Positions 1-10,666 are shown, counted from the first letter of the stretch. The stretch: DNA of 64,000 nt from Candidatus Binatia bacterium (GCA_963666315.2 CAXXHG010000014.1:32001-96000); one strand, 5' to 3'. The notes: generated by a model from the letters alone, not told the origin. Numbers and translations are program-made.

Positions 1-126
1 GCCCAAGGCGGCCAAGATGATCCGCTCGCGAACGGGCTGCGGGTATGGGGCCAAAACCTCTTCACGAAAGCACACCGCCCGACTTGTCCCGCCGCGCATA
101 AAGACCGCGGGGATCTTTGTTTGCAT
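1..126 (-). CDS. PrpF-family isomerase, N-terminal part (runs off window)
   Basis: Manual translation from ATG at 126: MQTKIPAVFMRGGTSRAVCF...IILAALG. MRGGTS is the PrpF N-terminal signature. Confidence 0.85.
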   Translation of the reverse strand, partial: MQTKIPAVFMRGGTSRAVCFREEVLAPYPQPVRERIILAALG

Positions 127-132
127 CAGCTT

Positions 133-1113
133 CTACGCCCCACGGACCGCAGGCATGACTTCTTTCGCAAAACGGTGCAGGGCTTTCCGGTCGTAGTCCG
201 GGAACATAGACACGATGAAATATCGTACCCCGGCGTCGGTATACGCCTGTATCAAGGCGTGGACTTTATCTGGGGATAGCTTGAGCTGCGCGGGGCTGAG
301 AGAAGTGGATTTCTGTACTTCAGCGGGATCGCGCCCGACCTCTTTACAGATCGCATCGAATCTGGTGGCGATCTTTTTGACGGCCTCCGCTCCACCCTTG
401 CGCACAAAGAAATGCCAGATGTTCGCATGCCGCGCCGCGAGCGGCTGAATCACCTTGGGCCCCATACCGCCGATCAGAATAGGCGGATGCGGTTTCTGAA
501 GGGGTTTGGGCTCAAACGGCGCGTCTTTGATTTGGTAGTATTTGCCGTCGTAGGTCGTCTTGTCTTGGGTAAAAAGCATCTTGATCAACTCGACCGCTTC
601 CACCAGCCGCCGCGCTCGGCCCCCAGGTGTATAATACGGAATCCCATACGCCTGATGCTCTAATTCAAACCACCCCGCACCCATGCCCAGGATCAACCGG
701 CCGCCACTCACATGGTCAACCGTGGCCGCCATTTTGGCCAGCACGACGGGATTGCGGTAGGTATTGCCGGTCACAAGCAAACCGACCTTCAGCCGTTTCG
801 TCTGGGCAGCTAAGGCGGCTAGTAGCGTCCAGCCTTCGAAACAGGGACCGCTCGGATCGGAAAGAATGGGCATAAAATGGTCAAACGCAAAGGCACTATC
901 AAAGCCGAGGGCATCCGCCTCCAACCACACCTCTTGGATTTGACTATAGGACACATTCTGCGGAGGCGTCTGTACTCCAAAACTCAGGCCGCTTGGAGAA
1001 GAAGCCGCATAGCTCAATTGAGGAATAGAGAAATTTTGCGCGAGAGTGGCTGCGGTAACAACTGCGCTCGTATTCTTAAGAAAAGTCCGACGTGAGATCT
1101 GTTCTTTTGGCAT
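133..1113 (-). CDS. LLM-class (probably F420-dependent) oxidoreductase with Tat signal peptide
   Basis: DHF, EGWTLLAALAAQT, YRNPVVLAKMAATVDHVSGGRLILGMGAGW and KPLQKPHPPILIGG motifs; N-terminal SRRTFLK followed by a hydrophobic stretch. Confidence 0.9.
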   Translation of the reverse strand: MPKEQISRRTFLKNTSAVVTAATLAQNFSIPQLSYAASSPSGLSFGVQTPPQNVSYSQIQEVWLEADALGFDSAFAFDHFMPILSDPSGPCFEGWTLLAALAAQTKRLKVGLLVTGNTYRNPVVLAKMAATVDHVSGGRLILGMGAGWFELEHQAYGIPYYTPGGRARRLVEAVELIKMLFTQDKTTYDGKYYQIKDAPFEPKPLQKPHPPILIGGMGPKVIQPLAARHANIWHFFVRKGGAEAVKKIATRFDAICKEVGRDPAEVQKSTSLSPAQLKLSPDKVHALIQAYTDAGVRYFIVSMFPDYDRKALHRFAKEVMPAVRGA

Positions 1114-1196
1114 ATGAAATCCTCTAGATGATCCTTTATTTGCTCTGTATTGGGCACACCGCCGTGCGCCCTGACACTAGACATCTTAAGCCGCCT

Positions 1197-2084
1197 TCAC
1201 ACTTTCGCCATAACCTCTTCCGCAAACCGTTCCATCTCAGGATACAGATCGGTTTGAAACTTCCTGCGCGGCACCCAGCCAGGGGCAAACACAAACAGGC
1301 GGTGCACCCCGGCGTCTTCAAACTGTTTGACCGTATCGATACTCAGCGCCATCCTAGGCTCCAAGCCGACGGTAATCTCAAACTGGGAAAAATCTCGACC
1401 AGCTTGCCGCGTGAGATCTTTGAGCTGAGACACATACGGTTGCACACTCTGCGGGGTATACCGAATACCACACCAGCCGTCGGCTAAGTCGGCCGCGCGC
1501 TTGAGTGCCGCCCGACTTTCCCCACCGAAGATAACCGGCGGATGTGGATTTTGAACCGGCTTGGGATTAAATCCAACTGGCTTAAAGTGGTGGAATTTTC
1601 CTGAGAACTGCGGAGTCTCTTCCGTCCACAGGGCACGCATAACCTTGACAGCCTCACGCGTACGCGCCGCCCGATCACGAAACGACATCCCGACCGCATC
1701 GAATTCTTCTTCACACCAACCCACACCAATGCCGAACAGTACTCGGCCGTGCGACAACACATCCAGACTTGCTACCGCTTTGGCAACCGACAACGTATTC
1801 CGTAGTGGCAAAACAAAGACACCCGTCCCCAACTTGATCGTCTTGGTATGCGCGGCAACAAAGGCCAGGGCCACAAATGGATCGTGCAGATTCACCCCCG
1901 GCCCGCCCGGAAATTTTCCATCTGCAGAGCCGGGATAACGTGCTTGCATGTCAACCGGCACGGCCAAATGTTCAGGAATCCAGACCGATTCGTAGCCGAG
2001 CGCTTCCGCCTTCTGGGCCACTTCAGTCAAGGGTTCAGGTCGGATAGTCGAGCCACTGCCGACTCCGATCAATGCAAATTTCAT
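1197..2084 (-). CDS. LLM-class F420-dependent oxidoreductase (Rv2161c-like)
   Basis: GYESVWIPEH, DPFVALAFVAA, LGTGVFVLPLR and PKPVQNPHPPVIFGG motifs. Confidence 0.9.
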   Translation of the reverse strand: MKFALIGVGSGSTIRPEPLTEVAQKAEALGYESVWIPEHLAVPVDMQARYPGSADGKFPGGPGVNLHDPFVALAFVAAHTKTIKLGTGVFVLPLRNTLSVAKAVASLDVLSHGRVLFGIGVGWCEEEFDAVGMSFRDRAARTREAVKVMRALWTEETPQFSGKFHHFKPVGFNPKPVQNPHPPVIFGGESRAALKRAADLADGWCGIRYTPQSVQPYVSQLKDLTRQAGRDFSQFEITVGLEPRMALSIDTVKQFEDAGVHRLFVFAPGWVPRRKFQTDLYPEMERFAEEVMAKV

Positions 2085-2354
2085 ACAGACTTCCCCTTTC
2101 TATGCTGCCTTTATCGGTCCCGTCCTTCCTCCTTAACGCATATTCTCCGCATTCGACACCAGCGAGCTTAGAGCGTGGACTAGCGTAGATTTGGGAAAGG
2201 CCATTTTAGAAACCTGTAGTCATACCGATTTCCTTCTCCATAGGGATTGTGTGCATATCGTCCCCACACAAGGGAAAAAGTGAAACCGTTCGCAGCATGT
2301 AGAAAGAGGCCGGCTGAGCTGCCCGCGCCTTCGCCCCGGTAGCTCCAACGCGCC

Positions 2355-3812
2355 TTGGCTGAAGACGGTCGGCTCTTGGGCTTTATTGATCGCATTGAAG
2401 CAGTGTGGGTCAACCTCCAAAAGGAGGGAAGAATTACCCCGCCTGTGCTCGACCTCTCAGCCCTGCTGTTTGAGCACGCAGCCTCCCTTGTCCCTATTGA
2501 ACTAGCAGCCCTGTATCGTGTTGATCCAGACACGCAGGAATTTTTCTTTGAGCGGAGCGCCCCGTCTAGCCTGGCTGACGACCTTCAGGCCGAAGGCCAG
2601 GCGCAAATTAAACACGGGGCTTTTGCCTTGACGTTGAAGCGCTGCCGCCCGACTGTGGCTGCGAGTCACCTGCTGCACCGTGATTATCCACGCAAAGAGG
2701 GCCAACGGCATATGGCAGAGGGGAATTTTGCACGAACGCTCAGACGCAATCGGCCCACGGTATGTGACAGCATCAGCCTGCATCATGCGTACACCCGAGT
2801 ACGGACGGTTGTTCTGGTTCCACTGACGACTTTGCAAGCCGTACATGGCATGGTCTTACTCGCTGTTGAGCGATCCGAAAAAGATATGACCCCGCCTGAG
2901 CTCACGCTCCTCTCCACCCTGGCCGTGCAAACCGCATTGGCCTTGGAAAGTGAACAGCACGCACACGCTCTCCGGGAGCAGCAGGTGCGGATTGAACGAG
3001 AGGTGCAACAACGGACTGCAGAGCTGGAACAGGCCAATCGAGCCACGCAAAATCTCAATCAAGAACTCGAAACCAAGCTCGCCCAACTGCAGCAACTCAA
3101 TGGCAGCCTGACCATGGTTGACCGAGTACGGGACGGTTTTCTGGCGACAGCGTCCCACGAGCTGCGTACGCTGTTGAGTGCGATTCTCAGTTCATTGGAT
3201 ATCATTCGGGAAGAGTGGAACGACCGTTTGCCTGCGCAAGGACAACATTTGCTGGAAATTTGCGAGCGTAACAGCACTCTCCTCATGTCGCTGGTATCCG
3301 ACCTCTTAGATATGGCCGCCTTACGCAGCGGTCGAGCGCAATTCAACCGGCAGAAAGTCCCGCTGTCGCCTCTGGTACAACAGATCTTTAGTACGGTCTC
3401 TCCCCTGGCCCGTAGTAAAAACGTCAAGCTCTTGAACACCGTCCTGCCCCACGTTGAAGTGTACGCCGATGCCCAGCGTCTTCAGCAAGTTCTACTCAAC
3501 CTGGTTGGCAACGCTATCAAGTTCTCAAAAAAGGACTCGGCGAGTGTGCGGATCAGCGCAGAACAGGAGGCGGAGCGAGTCATCGTGAGCGTGACGGACG
3601 ACGGCGTCGGCATTCCACCGGGCGAGGTCGAACATATTTTCGAGCCCTTCGTACAGGTCGATAACGCCCCGCATGGTTCGGCCAAGGGGACGGGCTTGGG
3701 TCTGGCAATCTGTCAATCCATGGTCGAACAGCACGGCGGCTCGATCTGGGTTGAGAGTGAAGAAGGCGTGGGGAGCCGGTTTTCTTTCTCCCTGCCTTGT
3801 GCCGGCAGCTAA
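2355..3812 (+). CDS. GAF-domain sensor histidine kinase
   Basis: GAF-like N-terminus, coiled coil, H-box SHELRT, N-box NLVGNAIKF, G1 DDGVGI, F-box and G2 GTGLGL. Start uncertain. Confidence 0.88.
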   Translation: MAEDGRLLGFIDRIEAVWVNLQKEGRITPPVLDLSALLFEHAASLVPIELAALYRVDPDTQEFFFERSAPSSLADDLQAEGQAQIKHGAFALTLKRCRPTVAASHLLHRDYPRKEGQRHMAEGNFARTLRRNRPTVCDSISLHHAYTRVRTVVLVPLTTLQAVHGMVLLAVERSEKDMTPPELTLLSTLAVQTALALESEQHAHALREQQVRIEREVQQRTAELEQANRATQNLNQELETKLAQLQQLNGSLTMVDRVRDGFLATASHELRTLLSAILSSLDIIREEWNDRLPAQGQHLLEICERNSTLLMSLVSDLLDMAALRSGRAQFNRQKVPLSPLVQQIFSTVSPLARSKNVKLLNTVLPHVEVYADAQRLQQVLLNLVGNAIKFSKKDSASVRISAEQEAERVIVSVTDDGVGIPPGEVEHIFEPFVQVDNAPHGSAKGTGLGLAICQSMVEQHGGSIWVESEEGVGSRFSFSLPCAGS

Positions 3813-3827
3813 GCCGTGCGGCCCGCG

Positions 3828-5019
3828 CTACTCGTCGGTCTCACACAATCTTCGGACCACGCCAAGAATCGTATCCGTCCCATTCTCAAACGTTTCCCGC
3901 CGAATACTCTCATTCGGCTTATGGGCTTGGTCTAAATCCCCAGGTCCACAAATCAGCGATGCAATACCGCCAGAGGCAAACTGACAGCCGTCAGTCGCAA
4001 AGGGTGCGCCGCCGCTGGTGTCCTGATCCAGCACCTCGAACAGCGCGCCTTCCAGCGGGGTTCCGCGTGGCGAAAAAAGTGGCGGCACGATAAGCGGCTC
4101 GGTCAGCTCAACGCTCGCCCGGTGCTGTGAGCCACTGTAATCGACCAGGTCGAGCGCACGCACACGCCGGGCAATCTCGTGATAGCAGGCCAGCGGATCG
4201 GCTTTGGGTAAGGGTCGGTAGCTGACCTGGATCGTGCACTGCTCGGCAATCATATTCCCCGCAGTGCCACCTCGCAGCAGCCCGAAATTCAGCGTGGGAT
4301 ACGGAGACTCAGGGAAAAGTTCAGCAAAAGTGGGAGAAGGCCGTGCGTGCAGTTCGGCTTGATACTGTCCAATTGTATCAATGACCTTGCCTGCTACCGC
4401 AATCGCATTCACCCCATGTTCAGGCGTACTGCTGTGGCCGCCGAGGCCATGGATAGTGATAGAAAAAACGGCGACCCCCTTATGGGCGTGAAAAACCTGA
4501 TACGAGGTAGGTTCACCGATCCAAGCCAGTCGGGGTTGTGGGATATCACCGAGCAGGTCTGACAGCGCAGGCATGAGCCGCGCAGCGCCCAAACACCCGA
4601 CTTCCTCATCTGCAGTAAACAGAAAAACCACGGGTCGTTTGAGTGCTGCCCAGGTCCAGAGATGCTGCGGCATCGACACATTGGGCCAAGAACACTTTCA
4701 TATCGGATGTCCCCCGCCCATAGACACGATCATCTTCCACGCCAAGAGCGAGAGGATCGCGTGTCCAACCCGGCTGATCGAGAAACGGCACAGTATCCAC
4801 ATGGCCGGAGAGAATCAGGCCATCCGGCTCCGGGGGACCAGCGAGTGCGACCAGATTCGCTTTGGGCACCCCGGCAACGTCTGTTTGCTGCAAGGCAACG
4901 CGAAAACCCGCGGCGTCCAAGTGGTTGCCCAGATATTCCATCGCTTCAACATTGCTCTTTTGGCTCACCGTGTTATGGGCAACCAAACGGCCTGCAACTT
5001 CCTGGAGATAAGTACTCAT
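3828..5019 (-). CDS. argE: Acetylornithine deacetylase / M20 peptidase (frameshift near 4650)
   Basis: SGHVDTVP and GRGTSDMK in ORF 4606-5058; ADEEVGC, IGEPT, GGHSS and GPGDLDQAH in ORF 3828-4679. One extra base joins them. Confidence 0.85.
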
Positions 5020-5183
5020 ATCCGACCTCTTCGATCCAATATCTCTTCCAGCTCTCACTTAGGGAGAGATATTGACCTTTCCATTAGCCCTGAGAAGACA
5101 TACTACTAAAAAAACGATGTGGGAACAACACCCGACTATGCTGACCCTGACAATCACTCCGTATCTCTGCACTGCGGCTGCTC

Positions 5184-5939
5184 ATGATTAAACTCAGCGT
5201 AAACGTGAATAAAATCGCCACGCTGCGTAATGCGCGGGGCGGCGACCAGCCCAATGTTGTTCACGCTGCCCAGACGTGTATTCATGCGGGCTGTCACGGC
5301 ATTACCGCACACCCACGTCCGGATGCGCGTCACATTCGCTACCAGGACGTATTCGACCTTACGGCCCTATTGGCAGATGAGGCAAGCGTCGAGTTCAATA
5401 TCGAGGGCTATCCTTCGCCCGCATTCCTGGACCTGGTCTGCCAAGTACAGCCAACCCAGTGTACGCTCGTTCCTGATCCGCCCGACGTCCTGACCTCGAA
5501 TGCAGGCTGGGATTTGCGGGGCGATGTCACCTGGCTCAGCGATATTCTCCAGCGCTTGCACGATCAAGGCATTCGGACCAGTCTTTTTCTTGATCCGGAT
5601 GTGGACCAAGTGCAGCGGGCAAAGGACATCGGCACGGATCGGATTGAACTGTACACAGAACAGTATGCGCGCATGTTTGGCACTGCCGAGCAAGCTCAGA
5701 TTTTCGAACCGTATCATCAAGCGGCACGGTCGGCGCAAGAAGTCGGCCTGGGCCTGAATGCCGGGCATGATCTGAATTTGGACAACCTACCTTACTTTGT
5801 AGAACGTATGCCCGGCTTACTGGAAGTTTCCATCGGCCATGCCCTGATTTGTGACGCCCTGTACATGGGACTCGTCCCAACCGTAAAAGCATATCTCACA
5901 GCGCTGGGGTATGCGGGAGAGGAAAGCCGAGAGAGATAA
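5184..5939 (+). CDS. pdxJ: Pyridoxine 5'-phosphate synthase
   Basis: LSVNVNKIATLRNARG, HPRPDARHI, IELYT, NAGHDL and EVSIGHALI motifs. Confidence 0.96.
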   Translation: MIKLSVNVNKIATLRNARGGDQPNVVHAAQTCIHAGCHGITAHPRPDARHIRYQDVFDLTALLADEASVEFNIEGYPSPAFLDLVCQVQPTQCTLVPDPPDVLTSNAGWDLRGDVTWLSDILQRLHDQGIRTSLFLDPDVDQVQRAKDIGTDRIELYTEQYARMFGTAEQAQIFEPYHQAARSAQEVGLGLNAGHDLNLDNLPYFVERMPGLLEVSIGHALICDALYMGLVPTVKAYLTALGYAGEESRER

Positions 5940-5965
5940 TCATACACTGTATGAGGAGTTTTCTT

Positions 5966-6936
5966 ATGGGCATGTTGATTGACGGTCAGTGGACGACAGA
6001 AAATAACAAACCAGATGCAGCAGGCCGGTTTGTCCGACCCCAGACCCAGTTTCGCGATTGGATTACAGCCGACGGATCATCAGGTTTTGCTGCCGAAGTA
6101 GGCCGGTATCAGCTGTATGTCGCCATGGCCTGTCCGTGGGCGCATCGCACCCTCATTCTTCGTCAGCTCAAACAATTAGATACCATGGTCAGCCTGTCGA
6201 TTGTTGATCCGTTTATGGCAGAGGACGGCTGGGTTTTCAGCCAGGCGCCGGGCTGTATTCCTGACCCTATCCATCAGGCGACTTTCCTGCATGAGATTTA
6301 TGCGCATGCCCGGTCCGACTTCACTGGTCGTGTCACTGTTCCTGTCCTGTGGGATAAGCAAACGCGGACAATTGTGAATAATGAATCTGCGGAGATCATT
6401 CGTATGTTTGATACCGCGTGTGATGCGCTGGGAGATTCCAGCCTCAACTTCTACCCCACACCTTTGCAGCCAGCAAATCGATTCCACGATTCAAGATCTC
6501 TACCACCGGGTGAACAACGGCGTCTATCGCGCAGGCTTTGCCCGCAGCCAAGAATCGTACGATGAAGCGGTGACCGACGTGTTTGCCGCCCTTGACCACT
6601 ACGAAGCCGTGCTCTCCACACAACGCTACGTATGTGGCTCGGTGCTGACCGAGGCTGACTGGTGTTTCTTTCCGACATTGATTCGCTTTGACCTGGTGTA
6701 TCATGGCCATTTTAAGTGCAACCTGCGACGCATTACCGATTATCCAAACCTGTGGAACTACCTCAAGAGACTTGTATCAAGTACCTGGTGTGGCCGAGAC
6801 GTGCAATTTTGCCCATACCAAGCAGCACTATTATCAAAGTCACGAAAGCATTAACCCGACCCGTATTGTGCCGAGTGGCCCGGAGATCGACTTCAACGCG
6901 CTGCATAATCGACGATTCAAGGTCGATGATCGATGA
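5966..6936 (+). CDS. Glutathionyl-hydroquinone reductase (YqjG/ECM4, GST family), two frameshifts (~6469, ~6768)
   Basis: CPWAHR, RVTVPVLWD and NNESAEII; then NNGVYRAGFA, RFDLVYHGHFKCN and HYYQSHESINPTRIVP across three frames. Confidence 0.88.
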
Positions 6937-7014
6937 CCGGATGACCCGAGGATCCGATGACCGGATGGCCCGAGCATCGGCAGCGGTTCGAGGACAGAGG
7001 TGAGGAGAACGCCC

Positions 7015-8023
7015 ATGGCAAGAGCATAAGATTTTTTCGTTAGGTGATTTTTCTCTTGAATGTGGTCTCGTACTGCGTAAAGCCCAGCTCGTTTATCAGG
7101 TGTATGGCAAGCTCAATCGCCGTAAGACCAATGCCATTATGCTGTGCTCCTGGTATTCGGGCGATCATACCGGCTATGAGTTTTTGATCAAAAAAGACCG
7201 ATGCTTTGATCCAAGCAAGCATTGTGTGATTACGGTGAATATGTTCGCCAACGGACTGTCTTCTTCTCCCAGCAACACGCCCGTTCCAATGAACGGTCCG
7301 CACTTCCCCACAACGACTATTCGTGACAACGTCCGAGCCCAGCACGAACTCGTCCAGAGTCTTGGCATTAAATCGCTTCGCATGGTCGCCGGCTATTCCA
7401 TGGGCGCCCAGCAAGCATTTCAGTGGGCCGTTAGTTATCCGGACATGGTCGAACGTATTGCCCCCTGGTGTGGGGCGGCCCATACCACCCCACATACACA
7501 TGTGTTCATCGAGGGGTTCACTGGTGCGTTGAGGGCCGATGCGGCCTGGAATGGCGGCCATTACACCGATCCGCCGTCCAAAGGGGTTCGGGCCATGGCT
7601 CGGGTATACGCGGGCTGGGGATTATCCCAGGCGTGGTACCGTGAAGAACTCTATCAACAGCTTGGCCACCCCAGCATTGAGGATTTTTTGGTCTATTTTT
7701 GGGAGAATTTTTTCCTACAGTGCGATGCCAATAATCTGCTCGCTCAAGCCAAGACATGGCAGGATCACAATGTCGGCGATACGCCGGGGTTTGATGGAGA
7801 TTGGAAGAAAGCGCTCGCCTCAGTCTCAGCACGGGTGACGCTCATGCCGTGCCAAACCGACCTGTATTTCCCACCGGAGGACAACGAAGCAGAGGTCGCC
7901 TGCCTGTCGAACGCTGTTCTTAACCCAATTCCATCAATCTGGGGTCATTTAGCTGGAATTGGCATGAACCCGGTGGACAATGATTTTCTTGATACGGCGA
8001 TCAAGGAATGTTTGGCGTCGTAG
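7015..8023 (+). CDS. Homoserine O-acetyltransferase-like (MetX family) alpha/beta hydrolase
   Basis: GYSMG nucleophile elbow, DLYFPP and IWGH. ATG 7015 with GAGGAG RBS joins the ORF after removing one A at ~7021 (MAEHKIFSLGDFSLECG). Confidence 0.8.
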
Positions 8024-8050
8024 GAGAGAGATTTTTTCACGCCTTTATTC

Positions 8051-8097
8051 GTAGGGGTGACATATGCATCGCACGGGCGAGGAAACCTCGCCCCTAC
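8051..8097. repeat. GTAG-type REP-like palindromic doublet
   Basis: GTAGGGG...CCCCTAC ends with internal hairpin GGGCGAGG-AAA-CCTCGCCC, between convergent genes. Confidence 0.7.
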
Positions 8098-8104
8098 TCG
8101 CACC

Positions 8105-8554
8105 TTAGACAACCACATCCGCCTTCTGGGCTAAGGAGGCATAGCTCACCCCGTCACCGTTGTTGGCATTCACCGGTAGGCCCGCCTCTTGCCAGCCTGG
8201 CACGGCTTGGCCCGTTTGGTCTTGCCCGCCGCCAAAACCACCCATCATATTTGAGACACCGCTGTATCCCGCCTGCTGCATGATTTCTGCGGCACGTTGA
8301 GATCGCCCGCCGGCTTGGCAGCCGACGACCACGGTTGCCTCTTTCGGGATAGTCGCTTCAACAACGGTCAGAAAGTTCTGATTGGGAACCGGGCGGCCAG
8401 TTGCTTGATCGAAAAACATCACTGGAATATTGATTGCCCGCTCAGGGTGTCCGGCCTGGAACTCGGCTTCGGTTCTCACATCCAGATACACCATTGCGGC
8501 ATCTTGGCTAAGCGTTTCATGTACTTCCGGTGGGGTTGTTTGTGTAATCGCCAT
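8105..8554 (-). CDS. Rhodanese-like domain protein
   Basis: LDVRTEAEFQAGHP, active-site loop CQAGGRS and GGF motif; RBS AGGGAGG before ATG 8554. Confidence 0.9.
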   Translation of the reverse strand: MAITQTTPPEVHETLSQDAAMVYLDVRTEAEFQAGHPERAINIPVMFFDQATGRPVPNQNFLTVVEATIPKEATVVVGCQAGGRSQRAAEIMQQAGYSGVSNMMGGFGGGQDQTGQAVPGWQEAGLPVNANNGDGVSYASLAQKADVVV

Positions 8555-8697
8555 GACGTCGGCCTCCCTTTCGTTCTCGCTGCTGGGTCTGATATGGAAA
8601 CAGTCCACAGAACACCCAACATATTCTTGTATCCTGAGAAACCAGTCAAGACAGGCGAGACAGGCGAGTCACGGGTCAGGCAAACCAGGAGGAACAC

Positions 8698-9489
8698 ATG
8701 GAAGAAGCAGTCTATTGGAGTCGTGAAGGCAGCGTAGCCACAATTACACTGAATCGCCCGGCGCAGTTCAACGTTATGAACACCGAACTCTCAGCAGGCT
8801 TACGCAAGGCGCTGATGGAATGCTGGGACGATGATGAGGTCCGGGCGATTATTCTAACCGGCAACGGCAAGGCTTTTAGTGGCGGTGGTGATATTAAATT
8901 CTTTATTGAGGAGCTGGGGCAGCAGCGCATCATACCCAGCCTTGAGAAAATGATGCCGATCCTGCACGCCGCGATTGCCATGGTCCGGGAGATTCCTAAA
9001 CCGGTCATTGCCGCGCTGAACGGAGTTGCCGCCGGTGGAGGATTTGGTTTGGCTCTGGCGTGTGACTTCCGGATTGCTTCACCTCAGGTCAATTTGCTGA
9101 CCGCCTTTCTGGGCATTGGCGCAAGCCCGGACTCCAGTTCGACCTTTTTCTTACCGCGTCACGTGGGCTTGGCAAAAGCAACAGAGATGTTTCTACGAAA
9201 CAAACCCGTGTCAGCAGAAGAGGCATTAAACCTCGGCCTTGTGACCGCAGTGGTCGAGCCAGATAACGTCATGGACGAAGCCAAGAAGCTGGCTGAGGAG
9301 TTGGCCCAGGGCCCGACCGCCGCCTTTGGCCGTACCAAGTTGCTGCTCAATCAAAGTCTAGGTAGCTCCCTGCACGAACAGCTCCAGAGCGAAGCGCGCT
9401 CTATCACACTGTCGATGGGCACGCCTGATTTCGCAGAAGGCATCACGGCATTTACGGAGAAACGCAAGGCCAACTTTAAAGGTAAATAG
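8698..9489 (+). CDS. Enoyl-CoA hydratase/isomerase (PaaG-like)
   Basis: ITLNRP, FSGGGD, PKPVIAALNGVAAGGG and EGITAFTEKRKANFKG. Confidence 0.92.
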   Translation: MEEAVYWSREGSVATITLNRPAQFNVMNTELSAGLRKALMECWDDDEVRAIILTGNGKAFSGGGDIKFFIEELGQQRIIPSLEKMMPILHAAIAMVREIPKPVIAALNGVAAGGGFGLALACDFRIASPQVNLLTAFLGIGASPDSSSTFFLPRHVGLAKATEMFLRNKPVSAEEALNLGLVTAVVEPDNVMDEAKKLAEELAQGPTAAFGRTKLLLNQSLGSSLHEQLQSEARSITLSMGTPDFAEGITAFTEKRKANFKGK

Positions 9490-9532
9490 CTGAGTATTCA
9501 AAAATAAGAAGAGTCTCACCGCCAATGAACAT

Positions 9533-9643
9533 ATCCCCTCTTGAGAGGGGTGCCGCGTAGCGGCGGGGTGTGTTTTTCTCGACCAGGGAACCCACCCCGG
9601 CCGCCGACCTTTGGTCGGACGGTCACCCCTCCGAGGAGGGGAT
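9533..9643. repeat. Intergenic multi-hairpin palindromic element
   Basis: Hairpins CCCCTCT-TG-AGAGGGG, GCCGC-GTA-GCGGC, CCGACC-TTT-GGTCGG and CCCCTCC-GA-GGAGGGG; the whole is an imperfect inverted repeat. Confidence 0.7.
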
Positions 9644-9662
9644 CAGATAAGGAATCTAATCT

Positions 9663-10643
9663 ATGCAAGCTATCACCTTTGAGACCCCAGGCGGACCGGA
9701 AGTCCTCAAACTCGCCCAAGCTCCCGACCCCACGCCAACCCCGGAACAGGTCCTAGTCCGAGTACACGCTAGCGCGTTGAACCGAGCTGATACGCTCCAG
9801 CGCCAAGGCCTGTACCCTCCACCGCCGGGCGAGTCTGCAATTCTGGGACTTGAACTCGCCGGAGAGGTGGAAGCGCTAGGCTCAGCAGTGACCAATATTG
9901 CGATAGGTGCCCGAGTCTTTGGGCTAGTCGGTAGTGGCGGTTATGCGGAAAAAGCTGTTATTGACGCGCGCATGGCCATGCCGATTCCCGATGGCTGGAG
10001 TTTTACCGAGGCAGCCGCGGTGCCGGAAGTGTACTTCACAGCGCAAGAAACCATTTTTACTCTCGGTAGTTTAAAGCACGCTGAAACAATTTTGATCCAC
10101 GCTGGCGCGAGTGGAGTCGGCACGGCGGGTATTCAGATGGCTCGCGAAACAGGCGCACGCATATTCGTCACAGCCGGCTCAGCAGACAAGATACAGCGCT
10201 GTGTCGAGTTGGGCGCGACTGCGGGCTGCAATTACAAAGAGCAGGACTTCGCCGAGTGGGTCAAAGACGTGACAGACGGAAAAGGCGTAGACGTTATCGA
10301 AGACTTTATTGGTGCGGCGTATTGGGACAAGAATCTCCAAAGCCTCAAAATCGGCGGACGGCTTGTTCTTGTCGGCCTCATGGGTGGGGTCAAGGCCGAG
10401 ACCAACCTGGGATTGATTTTGACCAAGCGGCTCCAGGTTTTTGGCTCAGTCCTACGCAGCCGACCGCTTGCTGAGAAAATCGACATCACCCGACGCTTTC
10501 AAAAAAACTGGCTGCCGCTCTTAACCGCGGGCACGATCAAGCCCATCATCGATCGGTCTTTTCCGTTAGCACAGGCGGGCGATGCGCATCAGTATATGGA
10601 GGACAATAAAAATTTCGGCAAGATTATTCTCGAAGTCGCCTAG
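9663..10643 (+). CDS. NAD(P)H-quinone oxidoreductase, PIG3 family
   Basis: NRADTLQRQGLYPPPPG, LGLELAG and IHAGASGVG. Confidence 0.92.
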   Translation: MQAITFETPGGPEVLKLAQAPDPTPTPEQVLVRVHASALNRADTLQRQGLYPPPPGESAILGLELAGEVEALGSAVTNIAIGARVFGLVGSGGYAEKAVIDARMAMPIPDGWSFTEAAAVPEVYFTAQETIFTLGSLKHAETILIHAGASGVGTAGIQMARETGARIFVTAGSADKIQRCVELGATAGCNYKEQDFAEWVKDVTDGKGVDVIEDFIGAAYWDKNLQSLKIGGRLVLVGLMGGVKAETNLGLILTKRLQVFGSVLRSRPLAEKIDITRRFQKNWLPLLTAGTIKPIIDRSFPLAQAGDAHQYMEDNKNFGKIILEVA

Positions 10644-10666
10644 TCTCTCAGACTGTACTGTTTCCC

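Noticed and set aside
2280-2354. N-terminal extension of the kinase through TAG 2340-2342
   Set aside because: Cannot distinguish error from non-coding sequence without homologues.
6931-6974. 20-bp direct repeat (one mismatch); also the 15-bp doublet at 33371-33400
   Set aside because: Only two copies each; consistent with local slippage.
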